The translations under genes and the position numbers were made by a program. Positions 62,816 through 64,000 of a stretch of 64,000 nt of DNA are shown in pieces. Positions within the stretch are counted from its first letter, which is position 1; each line of letters begins with the position of its first letter. Source of the stretch: Chrysomallon squamiferum (taxonomy: Eukaryota > Animalia > Mollusca); assembly GCA_012295275.1 (NCBI GenBank), contig CM022672.1:9362001-9426000 (forward strand), read 5' to 3'. The notes under the pieces were generated by a model. That model was not told where the DNA came from. It saw only the letters and a list, made by a program, of their open reading frames with translations, and did no database searches.

Positions 62816-63391
62816 ACTAACAGCTTTTCTCCTCAAACACAATCAGTGCAACTGACAGGCTTTCGTAACAAAAACATTTCATTACCTCCAGACTCTGACG
62901 TCATTAAGCCACAGCTGTTGTTCACGATATTCTCGGGTTTGTGGCTCGTTAGAAACGGTTAATTATTATTAATTATGTAGAGAATATTGGTTTTGAATGG
63001 TGGTTACACAGATATGAATCAGTAATTAATTTTATTATCATTTTTAAAACTTTAGATCAGTTCCCGATCCGGTCTGGAAGAACTCAGTCTCTCGGAATTA
63101 TTACACTGATTGTTAGGTTCGTGGTTCAGTTCCTGTAAAAGATATAAAAATTAGTGAGAACGTGTGTTTAATTTAGTAACAGGGAAGGAAAATTAGGTAA
63201 TTAGTCTTAAGGCGTTAATGAAGATGTTATACTTGGCAGTTATTATTTCCTTCTTCTTTGTGTATATTTTTGTTCAGTTATATTTCACTGTCATTATAGT
63301 TACTATTAATGTCATCACTATAATTATTAATATTAATAGTGTTACTACTATCATTATTTTTCTTTTTATTCTTCTTTTCTTCTTCTTCTTC

Positions 63392-63435
<44 letters not shown>

Positions 63436-64000
63436 GCTATCGCAATCATTTTAACGTTAGAGTAACGTACATAATTAAAAGTGATGTGATATCATGTAAT
63501 GTATGCGATACTTTATGCTATTTAGAACTACATTTCAAATGAATACTGTTCCATCTAATAAAAAAAAAATTGATTTAAATCAGTCTTCAGTCTTATTTTT
63601 AAGTTTTAAGAATGAAATGCAGTTCACAACTGATGAAATTCTGGTAACGTATACATGGAATCATGCCAAGTATGAAACCAGTTATAACAATAAAATTTAA
63701 AACTGAAAGAAAAAGTGAATTAGTTAGAAAGATTCGTGATATTCATACAAAAAGCTATCTCTTTGAAGACCGGTGAATGCCTTAATCTTTTTATCCTTGA
63801 TATTAATCTTTAATAGCACTACATCCAGAACGGTTTAATTAAAACTGACAACTTATCTGTATTAAGACGAGAATCTTACAAGGAAATTAAATTCTCCCAT
63901 GTATTACATAATGCAGTTAAACGTAATGGGTTGCAATGCAATAATATTTGACTTGCATGTGTTAACAGAAAAAGAAAAATCCTGAGTCTAAATTTTATTT

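Overview
AT-rich, microsatellite-laden animal genomic DNA with GT-AG introns; gene and repeat style suggest a mollusc, probably a gastropod (inference only). Three protein-coding loci sit in the first 23 kb. (1) The 3' 11 exons of a + strand M13 neprilysin/ECE-like zinc metallopeptidase (834-7794; HEITH, ENIAD, HSP..R, CRVW*). (2) A - strand, single-coding-exon, atypical rhodopsin-class GPCR (11598-12596). (3) A complete 16-exon + strand PIG-S gene, a GPI transamidase subunit (13998-23075, 545 aa by my exon assembly). Downstream are a decayed LINE (~24.8-26.1 kb) and ~38 kb with no recognisable protein-coding gene, holding MITEs, a Tc1 transposase scrap, SINE relics and many microsatellites. 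Almost all short ORFs in the track are microsatellite artefacts. The most interesting signals are degenerate tandem 'echo' duplications on exon boundaries, some of which create decoy splice sites; a GPCR with a missing upstream exon, which might mean PIG-S is nested in its intron; and an hAT MITE between the two divergent genes. I cannot demonstrate a genuinely new biological system from sequence alone.
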